This document shows positions 1 through 7,918 of a stretch of DNA of 64,000 nucleotides, in pieces; position 1 is the stretch's first letter, and the number at the start of each line of letters is the position of its first letter. The DNA is from Candidatus Latescibacterota bacterium. GTDB taxonomy: Bacteria; Latescibacterota; UBA2968; UBA8231. The stretch lies in contig CBDCXV010000001.1 of assembly GCA_965223905.1 (NCBI GenBank), positions 768,001-832,000 of the forward strand. The letters are read 5' to 3'. Under the pieces are notes generated by a model, which was not told the origin of the DNA, made no database searches, and saw only the letters and a program-made list of their open reading frames with translations. Made by a program: the position numbers and the translations under genes.

Positions 1-1038
1 CGCCTGCAGCTCCCGCGTGGCCTGGCATTCCGGGCCACCTCCTCCAACGCCTTCCGCGCCCCCGGCATCAGCGAAATGTTCCTCGGGGCAAGCGATGCCT
101 TCCCCCTGGTCAGCGATCCCTGCAGCCGGGTGGACGAAGCGGGCAATGTCCGGGAGCTGACCGCCCAGCAGGAGCGCAACTGCGCCGCCGGGGGCATCCC
201 GGACGACTTCGAGGACTCGCGGGCCCAGCTGTTGGCAAAGCTCGGCGGCTCGACGGACCTCGATCCGGAGAAGGCGGCGATGCTCACCGCGGGGCTCGTG
301 TATCAGCCCGGCTTCCTCGAAGGGTTCGACCTGACCGTCGACTACTACACCACCAGGATCGAGGACGAGATCGGCACCCTGCCGGCCGGCCTCATCCTGA
401 GCAACTGCTACTCGCAGGACGCGCCCTCCAACTGCGGCCAGGTCGTCCGCGACCCGGACAACCACCTGATCAGCCGCATACTGGCGACCAATGCCAACAT
501 CGGGGAAACGGAAACCAGCGGTGTCGATATCGGGCTCAACTACATCGCCGGCACTCCCCTCGGCATCGTCTCGACCCAGCTCGAGAGCAACATGCTGATC
601 GAATACGACCAGACCCTGCCGTCAGCCGGCGGTCCCGAGCTGGTCGAGGGCAAGGGGTACTACGACCTGGGGGTGTTCCCCACGTGGCGTCACGCCGCTT
701 CGGTCGGGCTGGCGAAGGGGCGTTTCTCCGCGGGGCTGACCTGGCGCTACGCCGGCGGCTTCGAGGAGTGCGAGGACGACGACTGCAAGGGCAAGTACCG
801 CGCCGACGTGGAGGAAGTGCCGCCCAGCCGCAAGGTCGATCCGAACAGCACCTTCAACCTGCGTGGATCGTACGAGCTGGGAACCGGCTTCGGGCGCTCG
901 GTGGTTACCGTCGGCGTCAACAACCTGCTCGATCAGCCGCCGGCGGTGATCTTCAACGGGTTCCTCGGCACCTCCGATGCCAGCACCTACGACTTCATGG
1001 GCCGGTACCTGTACGTGCGCCTGACCCAGTTCCGGTAG
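1..1038 (+). CDS. TonB-dependent receptor, C-terminal part (5'-truncated by window edge)
   Basis: Frame open from base 1 (RATSSNAFRAP...). Contains 'LDPEKA', 'VDYY', 'TSGVDIG', 'GVNNLLDQPP' and the terminal 'YDFMGRYLYVRLTQFR', typical of TBDR beta-barrels. Confidence 0.9.
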   Translation, partial: RLQLPRGLAFRATSSNAFRAPGISEMFLGASDAFPLVSDPCSRVDEAGNVRELTAQQERNCAAGGIPDDFEDSRAQLLAKLGGSTDLDPEKAAMLTAGLVYQPGFLEGFDLTVDYYTTRIEDEIGTLPAGLILSNCYSQDAPSNCGQVVRDPDNHLISRILATNANIGETETSGVDIGLNYIAGTPLGIVSTQLESNMLIEYDQTLPSAGGPELVEGKGYYDLGVFPTWRHAASVGLAKGRFSAGLTWRYAGGFEECEDDDCKGKYRADVEEVPPSRKVDPNSTFNLRGSYELGTGFGRSVVTVGVNNLLDQPPAVIFNGFLGTSDASTYDFMGRYLYVRLTQFR

Positions 1039-1039
1039 G
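934..1039 (+). repeat. Direct repeat copy 1 (3' end of TonB receptor gene)
   Basis: cagccgccggcggtgatcttcaacgggttcctcggcacctccga...ctgacccagttccggtagg recurs at 2468-2558. Confidence 0.95.
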
Positions 1040-1185
1040 ACGTTTTGGGGATCGGGAAGGGTAGGCGGGGGTTGCGGACAGCCATTGTGTTCCGTGTGTG
1101 GCTGAGCAGTATTGGTCAACAGAAGAGTCCCCTGTCGCTGGTTCGATCATGCTCACCATCACGTACTTTTATGATAGTCTATCAG

Positions 1186-1857
1186 ATGATGGAAACGACC
1201 GTTGATCTGGAAAAACAGCATGCTCGGGCTCTCGCCTTGGAATACCGAAACCGAGGTTATGAAGTGATCGAAGAGCCATCGCAGGAACAACTGCCGAGTT
1301 TCTTGACGGGCTACCATCCCGACTTGCTGTTGCGTAAAGCAAGTGAAGCTGTTGTTGTCGAGGTGAAATCCCGAGGATCCCTGGCTAAAGAGCCTGAAAT
1401 CAGACAGCTGGCCCGGTTAGTGCGAACGCAACCTGGATGGAGTTTCGAGTTGATGGTGGTAGATAAAGGGGAACAACTCGAAACTCTCGAAGATGCCCAT
1501 CCTTTCACAAGGGAAGACATACTGCGAGGTATCGAAGAAACTGGACGACTGCTTGCATCCGGGTATGCAGAAGCCGCACTGTTGCGAGCATGGTCTGTAG
1601 CGGAGGCAACGGTGAGGCTCCTCGTGGAAGAAGAAGGCTTGGCAGTCGAACGTCCCACTCCTCAATTCATGCTCAAGCAAGCAGTGATGAATGGGGTGAT
1701 TTCACGGGAAGATTTCCGCTTGTTGATTCAAAGCCTCAAACACCGCAACGCACTGGTCCACGGCTTTACACCGTCTGATTTCGACGCAACCCTTGTAAGT
1801 GCGCTCACCGACACGACGAAGCGACTTTTTCAATCAACGTCCCAGGAATCTATCTAG
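1186..1857 (+). CDS. PD-(D/E)xK restriction-endonuclease-fold (REase_AHJR-like) domain fused to HEPN-like helical domain
   Basis: N-terminal 'YRNRGYEV...PDLLLRK...VVVEVKS' fits PD...ExK. C-terminal helical region has 'AW...EA' and RNALVH (Rx4H, 1744-1761). Visibly lower GC than the flanks. Start could also be 1171 or 1189. Confidence 0.75.
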   Translation: MMETTVDLEKQHARALALEYRNRGYEVIEEPSQEQLPSFLTGYHPDLLLRKASEAVVVEVKSRGSLAKEPEIRQLARLVRTQPGWSFELMVVDKGEQLETLEDAHPFTREDILRGIEETGRLLASGYAEAALLRAWSVAEATVRLLVEEEGLAVERPTPQFMLKQAVMNGVISREDFRLLIQSLKHRNALVHGFTPSDFDATLVSALTDTTKRLFQSTSQESI

Positions 1858-1947
1858 TTACAATTAACATCAGCGAATCCTAAAATCAGCGAACCTGTCC
1901 AGGTAGCCCGGTCTCGGCTCGTGGCCGCGATCAAGGAAGGCAAAAAG

Positions 1948-2250
1948 ATGACGTCGGAACGAACCCCGGTGGGTCTGGAGATCGAAGCTGCCCTGGAGGA
2001 GGTTCTCTCCCATGTTCGCGGCGAAGTGGATCTGCCGTGCCGCATAGTAGACGATCCCACCGCTGAACGGATTCTCGCGGTGCGGCAGCGAATGAAGTTG
2101 AGTCGAAAGAAATTTGCGGACCGTTTCGGTCTCGATGCGCGTGCCGTGCAGGATTGGGAACAGGGGCGTCGTGTTCCAGACCGCGCCGCCCGAGTTTTGC
2201 TGACCGTCATCGAGCGCGACCCAGAGGCGGTCGTGCGTGCGCTCGCCTGA
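1948..2250 (+). CDS. XRE/HigA-like helix-turn-helix antitoxin or regulator
   Basis: 'VRQRMKLSRKKFADRFGLDARAVQDWEQGRRVPDRAARVLL' is a HigA/YiaG-type HTH signature. GGAAGG-like RBS upstream. Confidence 0.85.
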   Translation: MTSERTPVGLEIEAALEEVLSHVRGEVDLPCRIVDDPTAERILAVRQRMKLSRKKFADRFGLDARAVQDWEQGRRVPDRAARVLLTVIERDPEAVVRALA

Positions 2251-2467
2251 GTGATCCGGGTCGCGTAACGAGCGGCCGACGAGCTGAACGAACAGGCTCA
2301 TCAAGGAGTAGCTGGCGGCTGGAAGATGCAGGTGGGTTGGCTCTCGGCCCGGTGAGCAGACCCAGGATCGAGCGGCTTCCATGCCGCCCCGTCCGCCTTC
2401 AGGTCGTCAATCACCAAAAATGCGGCAACTACCCGCTCTGTCCCGGAACCTGCCGCCGGCAGCCGAA

Positions 2468-2558
2468 CAGCGGCCGGCGGCGATCTTCAACGGGTTCCTC
2501 GGCACCTCCGACTTCCTGGGCCGGTACCTGTACGTGCGCCTGACCCAGTTCCGGTAGG
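2468..2558 (+). repeat. Direct repeat copy 2 (degenerate duplicate of TonB receptor 3' end)
   Basis: Matches 934-1039 with 3 substitutions and a 15-bp deletion between the microhomologies cacctccga/cacctacga. Includes the TAG stop. Confidence 0.95.
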
Positions 2559-2611
2559 GTCCGCTCGCCGCGCAGCACGCCGGATCGCTCTTCAGCGCGT
2601 CGTCTTCCAGA

Positions 2612-3853
2612 TCACCAGAAGGAGGCTTTGATGCGCCCCCAAGTATCCGCTTCAAGTATCTTGCCGGCGCCGCAGTCGCCACCGAGGGGATCGTCGATCC
2701 AGCGCACCATGCGCCAGATGCCGTAGTCACCCTGGCGCAGCTTGAAGGTCATGGTCTGGTCGATGCGGAAGCCCTCGTCATCGCTTATCAGGAGCAGGAT
2801 TTCAACGCGGCCCCGGAAGGCTTCCCAGTCCTCGTCCGGATGCCCGTCCGGGTCCCCCTCGAAGGCATCCGGGTAATCGCTACCGAGCTCCACGCTGCGC
2901 TCCAGAAGCTCGAACTGGAACTCGAAGGTGGGAAAGACATCGAAGATGCCTTTGTGGCCGCCGTCGCGGGTACCGGCGAGGATCTCGAGCTCCTCCTCCC
3001 GGCCGTTGGGAAAGACCAGCTCGCCCACGCAGTTGCTTTCTGTAAACCAGAAATTTCCATCCAACAGGGTTTCGTACAGCGCTCCGTCGCGGCCGTTCAT
3101 GGCCAGGGCGAGGTTCCTCATCAGCTGCTCCGGGCTGGTTGCCGGCGGCGGAGGGTCGCCTCGGCGCTCGACCGTGAAGTCGAGCACTCCCCCCTCCGGG
3201 ATGGAAGTGTCGAACTGCCAATACTCCCTGATACCCTCGCCCGCAATGCGGACGGTATAGCGTCGGTTCTGCGCCGGGCGGGCGACCTGCGCTGATTTGC
3301 CGCTCGGGCCCCTGGCCGCTCTGTCCGAGGCGCCGTCGATCAGGGTCATCTTTCCGGCCGCCGTCATTCCCCCTGACTGCAGGCGGTACAGGTACATCCC
3401 CGCGGAAACCCCCATCCCGTTTTCGCCGCGGCCGTCCCAGGCCGCCGCGTTCTCTCCCGCGGGCCGGTACGAGTCCTCCAGGGTGCGGACCCGGTGTCCG
3501 AGCAGGTTGTAGACCGCCAGGTCCACAAGCGCCGGGGTGGCCAGGCTGTAGGGGATGAGGGTGGTGGAGTTGAAGGGGTTGGGGTAGTTCGGGTAGAGCT
3601 GGAATTGGCCGGGGACCGTCCCCGCCTCCGCCGAGGTGGGAAGCGACAGGACGACGGAGTAGCCGCCGTCCCCGGCCGTCGTATCCCCGAATGCCTCCTG
3701 GGGATTGTCCTCGTCGATGAACTGGATGGAAGCGCCCGCCACGGGCGTTCCCTCGGTGTCCGTCACCCTGCCGGTAACGAAGCCCTCCGCGGAAGCAGGC
3801 GCGCAAAGAAACAGGGCGGCGGGAAGCGCGGAAACGGCGATCAGGCGAAACAT
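2612..3853 (-). CDS. Secreted protein: carboxypeptidase-regulatory-like domain, FlgD-Ig/T9SS-CTD-like domain, NTF2-like C-terminal region and terminal TWGRIKAS motif
   Basis: Signal peptide MFRLIAVSALPAALFLCAPASA, then 'VTGRVTDTEGTPVAGA', 'LYPNYPNPFNSTT.I.YSL...VYNLLG..VRTL...WDG...SAGMYLYRL', ending 'TWGRIKASFW'. Confidence 0.8.
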   Translation of the reverse strand: MFRLIAVSALPAALFLCAPASAEGFVTGRVTDTEGTPVAGASIQFIDEDNPQEAFGDTTAGDGGYSVVLSLPTSAEAGTVPGQFQLYPNYPNPFNSTTLIPYSLATPALVDLAVYNLLGHRVRTLEDSYRPAGENAAAWDGRGENGMGVSAGMYLYRLQSGGMTAAGKMTLIDGASDRAARGPSGKSAQVARPAQNRRYTVRIAGEGIREYWQFDTSIPEGGVLDFTVERRGDPPPPATSPEQLMRNLALAMNGRDGALYETLLDGNFWFTESNCVGELVFPNGREEELEILAGTRDGGHKGIFDVFPTFEFQFELLERSVELGSDYPDAFEGDPDGHPDEDWEAFRGRVEILLLISDDEGFRIDQTMTFKLRQGDYGIWRMVRWIDDPLGGDCGAGKILEADTWGRIKASFW

Positions 3854-3933
3854 TTTTTCGAATGCAGGCGCTAGTTTAGCACTCGATGCGGGAAACGGCT
3901 GCTGCTGGTCCTGGCGGCACCGGGCCGCACCCA

Positions 3934-4947
3934 TCACAAGTCCGCTTCCGGGTCGACGACCTGAACCCACCAGGGAACCCCTCCGGTTTCATACCACCGC
4001 ATCGGCTCGAGGGTTCCCGTGTTCCCGTCGATGCGGTACTGCGCCAGGCGGTCGGCGATCTCTCCCGCGGCGTACAGGAAGCGTCCGTTCGGCTCGATGT
4101 CGAAGGAGCGGGGCGTCTCCGGCGTCGCCGCGTGCCCGCGCGGCGCCAGCTCCCCCGTGGTTTCCGAGATCGCGAAGCAGGCGATGCTGTCGTGGCCCCT
4201 GTTGGCGACATAGAGGAAGCGGCCGCCCGGGTGGATCAGCATGCGGGCGGTGGCGCCGCCGCTGAAACCGGGGGGCAGAGTGGCTGTCGTCCGCAGGGGA
4301 CTCAGGGTGCCGCTGCCTTCGTCGAAGCGGTACTGGGTGACGCTGTTGCCCTGCTCGTTGCCGGCGTAGAGCCAGAGCCCGTCGGGGTGAAAGTGGACGT
4401 GCCGCGGTCCCAGCTCCGCCCCTGCGACCACCTTGGGAGGGTCGTTGACCTCGAGCATGCCGCCGGCGAACCGCAGCTGGAAGATGGCGTTGGCAGGGCA
4501 GGTATGAGGGACGAAGAGGAAGCGGTTCGCCGGATCGAGGGCCAGGCCGTGGGCGTGCAGATCGGTGTCGACGACGCAGGAAGGGGGCTCGCGCGCGGCG
4601 CCGTCCTCGCCGACCGGGTAGACGGTGACCTTGCCCGAGACGTAGTAGGGGGTCAGGAGCCAGCGCCCGCTGCGGTCGGTCAGCAGGTAGCCCGGGTCCT
4701 CGAGATCGGTGTCGATGGTGTGGAGATGGGCGAGCCGGCCGCTGCCGGCGTCGATGCGGAAGCTGAGCAGCCGCCCGTTCGAGCGTATGGCGGCGTAGAG
4801 AACCGGGAGGCGGCAGTGCCGCCCCTGGACGCTCGGCGCCCCGGGGACCGGCTCGTTGCGCAGGTGCTCGAGGTCTCCGGTTTCGCCGTCGACACGATAG
4901 CAGGCGAGCTGTTCCTCCCCCGCCAGGGAGAGGTAGAGAAAGCTCAT
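3934..4947 (-). CDS. Lactonase family 7-bladed beta-propeller (6-phosphogluconolactonase-like)
   Basis: 'HAHGLALDPANRFL', 'GPRHVHFHPDG', 'GRFLYVANRGHDSIA', 'TPRSFDIEPNGRFL'. Confidence 0.9.
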   Translation of the reverse strand: MSFLYLSLAGEEQLACYRVDGETGDLEHLRNEPVPGAPSVQGRHCRLPVLYAAIRSNGRLLSFRIDAGSGRLAHLHTIDTDLEDPGYLLTDRSGRWLLTPYYVSGKVTVYPVGEDGAAREPPSCVVDTDLHAHGLALDPANRFLFVPHTCPANAIFQLRFAGGMLEVNDPPKVVAGAELGPRHVHFHPDGLWLYAGNEQGNSVTQYRFDEGSGTLSPLRTTATLPPGFSGGATARMLIHPGGRFLYVANRGHDSIACFAISETTGELAPRGHAATPETPRSFDIEPNGRFLYAAGEIADRLAQYRIDGNTGTLEPMRWYETGGVPWWVQVVDPEADL

Positions 4948-4957
4948 CTCAATAGCT

Positions 4958-5764
4958 TCAGCTCCGCCGCGGAGGACGGTGGGGCACCAGCGGCTGCACG
5001 ATATCCCGCCGCTCCGGGGTCAGCCGCCGCAGCAGTTCCGGCGACGGCTCGTACCCGAAGCGGTGGCGGTACATGCCCGGCAGGTAGCGGAACACCAGGG
5101 ACCGGCGCCGTCCCTCGTTGCTGCGCGCCGCCGACCCGTGGATCAGCATGTCGTTGATCAGCAGCGCGTCCCCGGCCTCCAGATGCATTTCAACCGTGCC
5201 TTCGATCTCCTCTCCCGGGACCGGGGTGATGCTGGTTCCCGAGGACTGCTGCGGGTGGCGGAACGCCGACTTGTGGCTTCCGGGTATGAGCACGGTGGCC
5301 CCGTCCCCGGGCCCGATGTCGTCGAGGGCGGCGATCAGGGTCATGTACTGGATGCACCACCTGCCGCCGTCAACGCCGCTGCGCACGCGTCCGTCCCCGA
5401 GCTTCCAGCCCCCCGAGTGCACCCCGATATAACCCCCTTTTCCGCGCAGGTTGAGGAAGCACTCGTGGATGAACGGGCCCCCGGATTCTCCGAGGTAGTG
5501 GCGCACCAGGTCGATCCAGGCCGGGTGGTCGATCAGGCGCTCGAAAGGCTCTCCCGCCTCGATGATGTTCTGCAGGTTGAAGCCGTCGATGCTGCCGTAA
5601 GTGTGGGCTTCCATGTTGCCGAGCCACTCGCCGTTCTCCAGCTCCGGCAGGCCGTCGGCCCAGTCGTTGAGCTCCATCAGGTGATCGGCGTCGAGCGCTT
5701 TCGGCAGGATGCAGTACCCGCGCAGGTCGAAGAAGAACTCCTCCATCGGGGTGGGGGCGGGCAT
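4958..5764 (-). CDS. Phytanoyl-CoA dioxygenase (PhyH) family protein
   Basis: 'FFFDLRGY', 'LIDHP', 'DIGPGDGATVLIPGSHKS', 'AGDALL...LIHGS...RRSL'. Confidence 0.88.
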   Translation of the reverse strand: MPAPTPMEEFFFDLRGYCILPKALDADHLMELNDWADGLPELENGEWLGNMEAHTYGSIDGFNLQNIIEAGEPFERLIDHPAWIDLVRHYLGESGGPFIHECFLNLRGKGGYIGVHSGGWKLGDGRVRSGVDGGRWCIQYMTLIAALDDIGPGDGATVLIPGSHKSAFRHPQQSSGTSITPVPGEEIEGTVEMHLEAGDALLINDMLIHGSAARSNEGRRRSLVFRYLPGMYRHRFGYEPSPELLRRLTPERRDIVQPLVPHRPPRRS

Positions 5765-5799
5765 GATTTGGATCTCCTGGGCGGGGGCAGAAAAATCCC

Positions 5800-6249
5800 T
5801 TAAGCGTCTGGCAGCGGGTCCGGCAACGGGTTGCGCACCCTGAGCCCGGGAAAACGGCTGAAGTCGCGGTCGGCCGTCAAGAGGGTCTCGACGCCGTGGT
5901 GGAGGCAGAGAGCCGCCACGCGCGCGTCGTGCACCATGGGCCCAGTGATTCGCCCGGTCTCGATCAAACGATGGAATTTTTCCCAGTAACCGGGCGACTC
6001 CGCCAGCAGCACGAGATTCGGGGTCTCGAGCCAAGCCTTGACCTGATCGAGGGCGATGGCGGTTGGAGTCGGCGGGTCGTATATCCGCGGATGGGTCGCG
6101 ATGGCGAGGAACTCGTGCACACACGGCCAGGGGATCGCCCAGGGAGCTGAAGATGCGGCCAATCTTGCCAGACAATCGCGTGCCTGTGGGTGCCACTGGC
6201 AGTCTTCCCGGTGCGCATACACCAGGAGATTGGTGTCTACGGCGTTCAC
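5800..6249 (-). CDS. vapC: VapC-family PIN-domain toxin
   Basis: 'AVDTNLLVYAH', 'VHEFLAIATHPRI', 'VHDARVAAL', 'TADRDFSRF'. Confidence 0.92.
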   Translation of the reverse strand: MNAVDTNLLVYAHREDCQWHPQARDCLARLAASSAPWAIPWPCVHEFLAIATHPRIYDPPTPTAIALDQVKAWLETPNLVLLAESPGYWEKFHRLIETGRITGPMVHDARVAALCLHHGVETLLTADRDFSRFPGLRVRNPLPDPLPDA

Positions 6250-6491
6250 GCTCCGCGGCTTTCGTAGATCAAGTCCCGGATCCGCTCCCAGGAACCCTCC
6301 CGGATCTCCGGTCTGACCCCGTTGCCCCGGAATGTCACTGAACGCAGCGCAAACCCCGGATTCTGGCTCCGTTTCTCCAGGACGTGGCGCAGTCCCTCTT
6401 CCACGAGGGCGCGGACCGTGGTTTCCTGCTGTGCGGCAAGCAGCTTGGCCTCAGTCAGCAGACTGTCGGCAATATCTATGGTTGTTTTCAT
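6246..6491 (-). CDS. vapB: VapB-family antitoxin
   Basis: 'MKTTIDIADSLLTEAK...TVRALVEEGLR' (RHH-like). Overlaps the vapC start by 4 nt. Confidence 0.88.
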   Translation of the reverse strand: MKTTIDIADSLLTEAKLLAAQQETTVRALVEEGLRHVLEKRSQNPGFALRSVTFRGNGVRPEIREGSWERIRDLIYESRGA

Positions 6492-6547
6492 GCATACGAC
6501 AATAATTGATAACCCATATCTATGGCAACCACAAATGCGAACCGGGA

Positions 6548-6748
6548 TCAGCGATCCGCCGGCATGGCGTTGACGTCGGCTGCCGCCTCCTCCAGGGCCT
6601 GGCGCGGGCAAAGGGTTCCGGTGAAGGCCTTGTTCACGGCGCTGGCGAGGTGGTTCTGGATCTCCGTGACCGCCGGATGGCCGGGCCACCCCAGGCCCTC
6701 GCGGCCGGCCTCCGCCATCGCCTGATGGTCGATGAAGTCCGACTCCAC
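6548..6748 (-). pseudogene. Remnant C-terminus of an ABC sugar solute-binding protein
   Basis: 'PGHPAVTEIQNHLASAVNKAFTGTLCPRQALEEAAADVN' resembles family-1 SBP C-termini. No N-terminal part present. Confidence 0.45.
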
Positions 6749-6805
6749 CCCGGGGGCGCAGGCCGCTTTCCCCGCCGGAAAAGGCCGCCCGGAGCCGCGG
6801 CAGCG

Positions 6806-7666
6806 CTACAGTTCCGCGCGGTTCCGCGACCGCGCGTCCCTGACCAGCCTGCCGCTGTGCAGCACCCCGCGCATGCAGCGGTCCCGCCAGTGGGCGGAGG
6901 CGTCGGTCAGTTTCTGGCGGGTGTCGATCTCCGTGATCAGCACCGCGGGCCGGTGCCCCCGCGCCTTGTTGACGATCATGCCTTCGGCGTTGACGACGAA
7001 GCTCGGCCAAGCGTAGCGGCGGGTGCCGTTGTTGGCGCTGACGGCGAAGTAGTTGCTCGCCGCGGCGGCCTGGAGGGTCGCGGGAACGCTGACCTTGTAC
7101 TTCTCGCAGGCTTCCTGCGTCATGCCGGCATTGTGGAAGGAGACCAGCATCAGGTCGACCCCCTTCCGCTTGTACTCGCGGAAGAGCTCGGGATAGCGGA
7201 AATCGTGGCAGATCAGCAGTCCGCAGGTGAGGCCGCGCACCTGGAAGGTGACCAGCGACTCCCCGGGGCTGTAGTGGGCCAGGTCTCCTTCCTTCGCGCT
7301 GCCGCCGGTGCAGAACATCTTGTCGTAGCGGGTGACGAGGCGGCCGCGGCTGTCGATGACGTAAAGGGAGTTGTGCGGCTTGTGGCGGCCCGTCAGGCGA
7401 TGATTGCAGCCGATAACGACCCAGACCCGGTGGTGCCTCGCCGCGGCCATCACCTCCTCCATCGCCGCGGTGATGCGGTCCCAGTCGCCGCGGTCATGGG
7501 AGTCGACCTCGACGCCGAGGTAGCCGGAGAGACAGGCCTCGGAGAAATGCACGAGGTGGGCTCCCCGGGCCCTGGCGGACTCGAGCTGGTTGAGTGCCGA
7601 GCGCAGATTCCGCTGCGGCTGCTTGTGGACGTGGAACTGGCAGGTCGCCAGGACGAGCTTGGCCAA
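6806..7666 (-). CDS. Carbon-nitrogen hydrolase (nitrilase superfamily)
   Basis: Catalytic triad motifs 'FSEACLSGY', 'YDKMF', 'ICHDFRYPEL'. TTG start preceded by AAGGAGG. Confidence 0.9.
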   Translation of the reverse strand: MAKLVLATCQFHVHKQPQRNLRSALNQLESARARGAHLVHFSEACLSGYLGVEVDSHDRGDWDRITAAMEEVMAAARHHRVWVVIGCNHRLTGRHKPHNSLYVIDSRGRLVTRYDKMFCTGGSAKEGDLAHYSPGESLVTFQVRGLTCGLLICHDFRYPELFREYKRKGVDLMLVSFHNAGMTQEACEKYKVSVPATLQAAAASNYFAVSANNGTRRYAWPSFVVNAEGMIVNKARGHRPAVLITEIDTRQKLTDASAHWRDRCMRGVLHSGRLVRDARSRNRAEL

Positions 7667-7809
7667 GAGGGACCTCCTTTGGGTGGTAATCGGGTCAGTG
7701 TCCCGTTCCGGGAATGCCTCGAGATTCATTCTCCGGGGCATCCGGCCTGCTTGCGCTCACTCGTCATGCGGCACCGATACGCCCGACCCCGGAACTGTCA
7801 TGTCATGTG

Positions 7810-7860
7810 GGGCGCTACATCGACTACGTCGGATCCTGGGGGCCGACGATCCTCGGACAT
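7810..7860 (+). pseudogene. hemL: 17-codon fragment of glutamate-1-semialdehyde aminotransferase
   Basis: Translates GRYIDYVGSWGPTILGH, matching the conserved HemL motif YIDYVGSWGPxILGH. Isolated in an intergenic region. Confidence 0.7.
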
Positions 7861-7918
7861 CGGCCGTTCCGGGAGCCTTCGATTTTTCAGGTCATCCCCG
7901 GCATCCCACAACGGAAGC

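Noticed and set aside
934-2558. Diversity-generating retroelement VR/TR pair
   Set aside because: Differences between the copies are not adenine-specific, include a 15-bp deletion, and there is no reverse transcriptase in the window.
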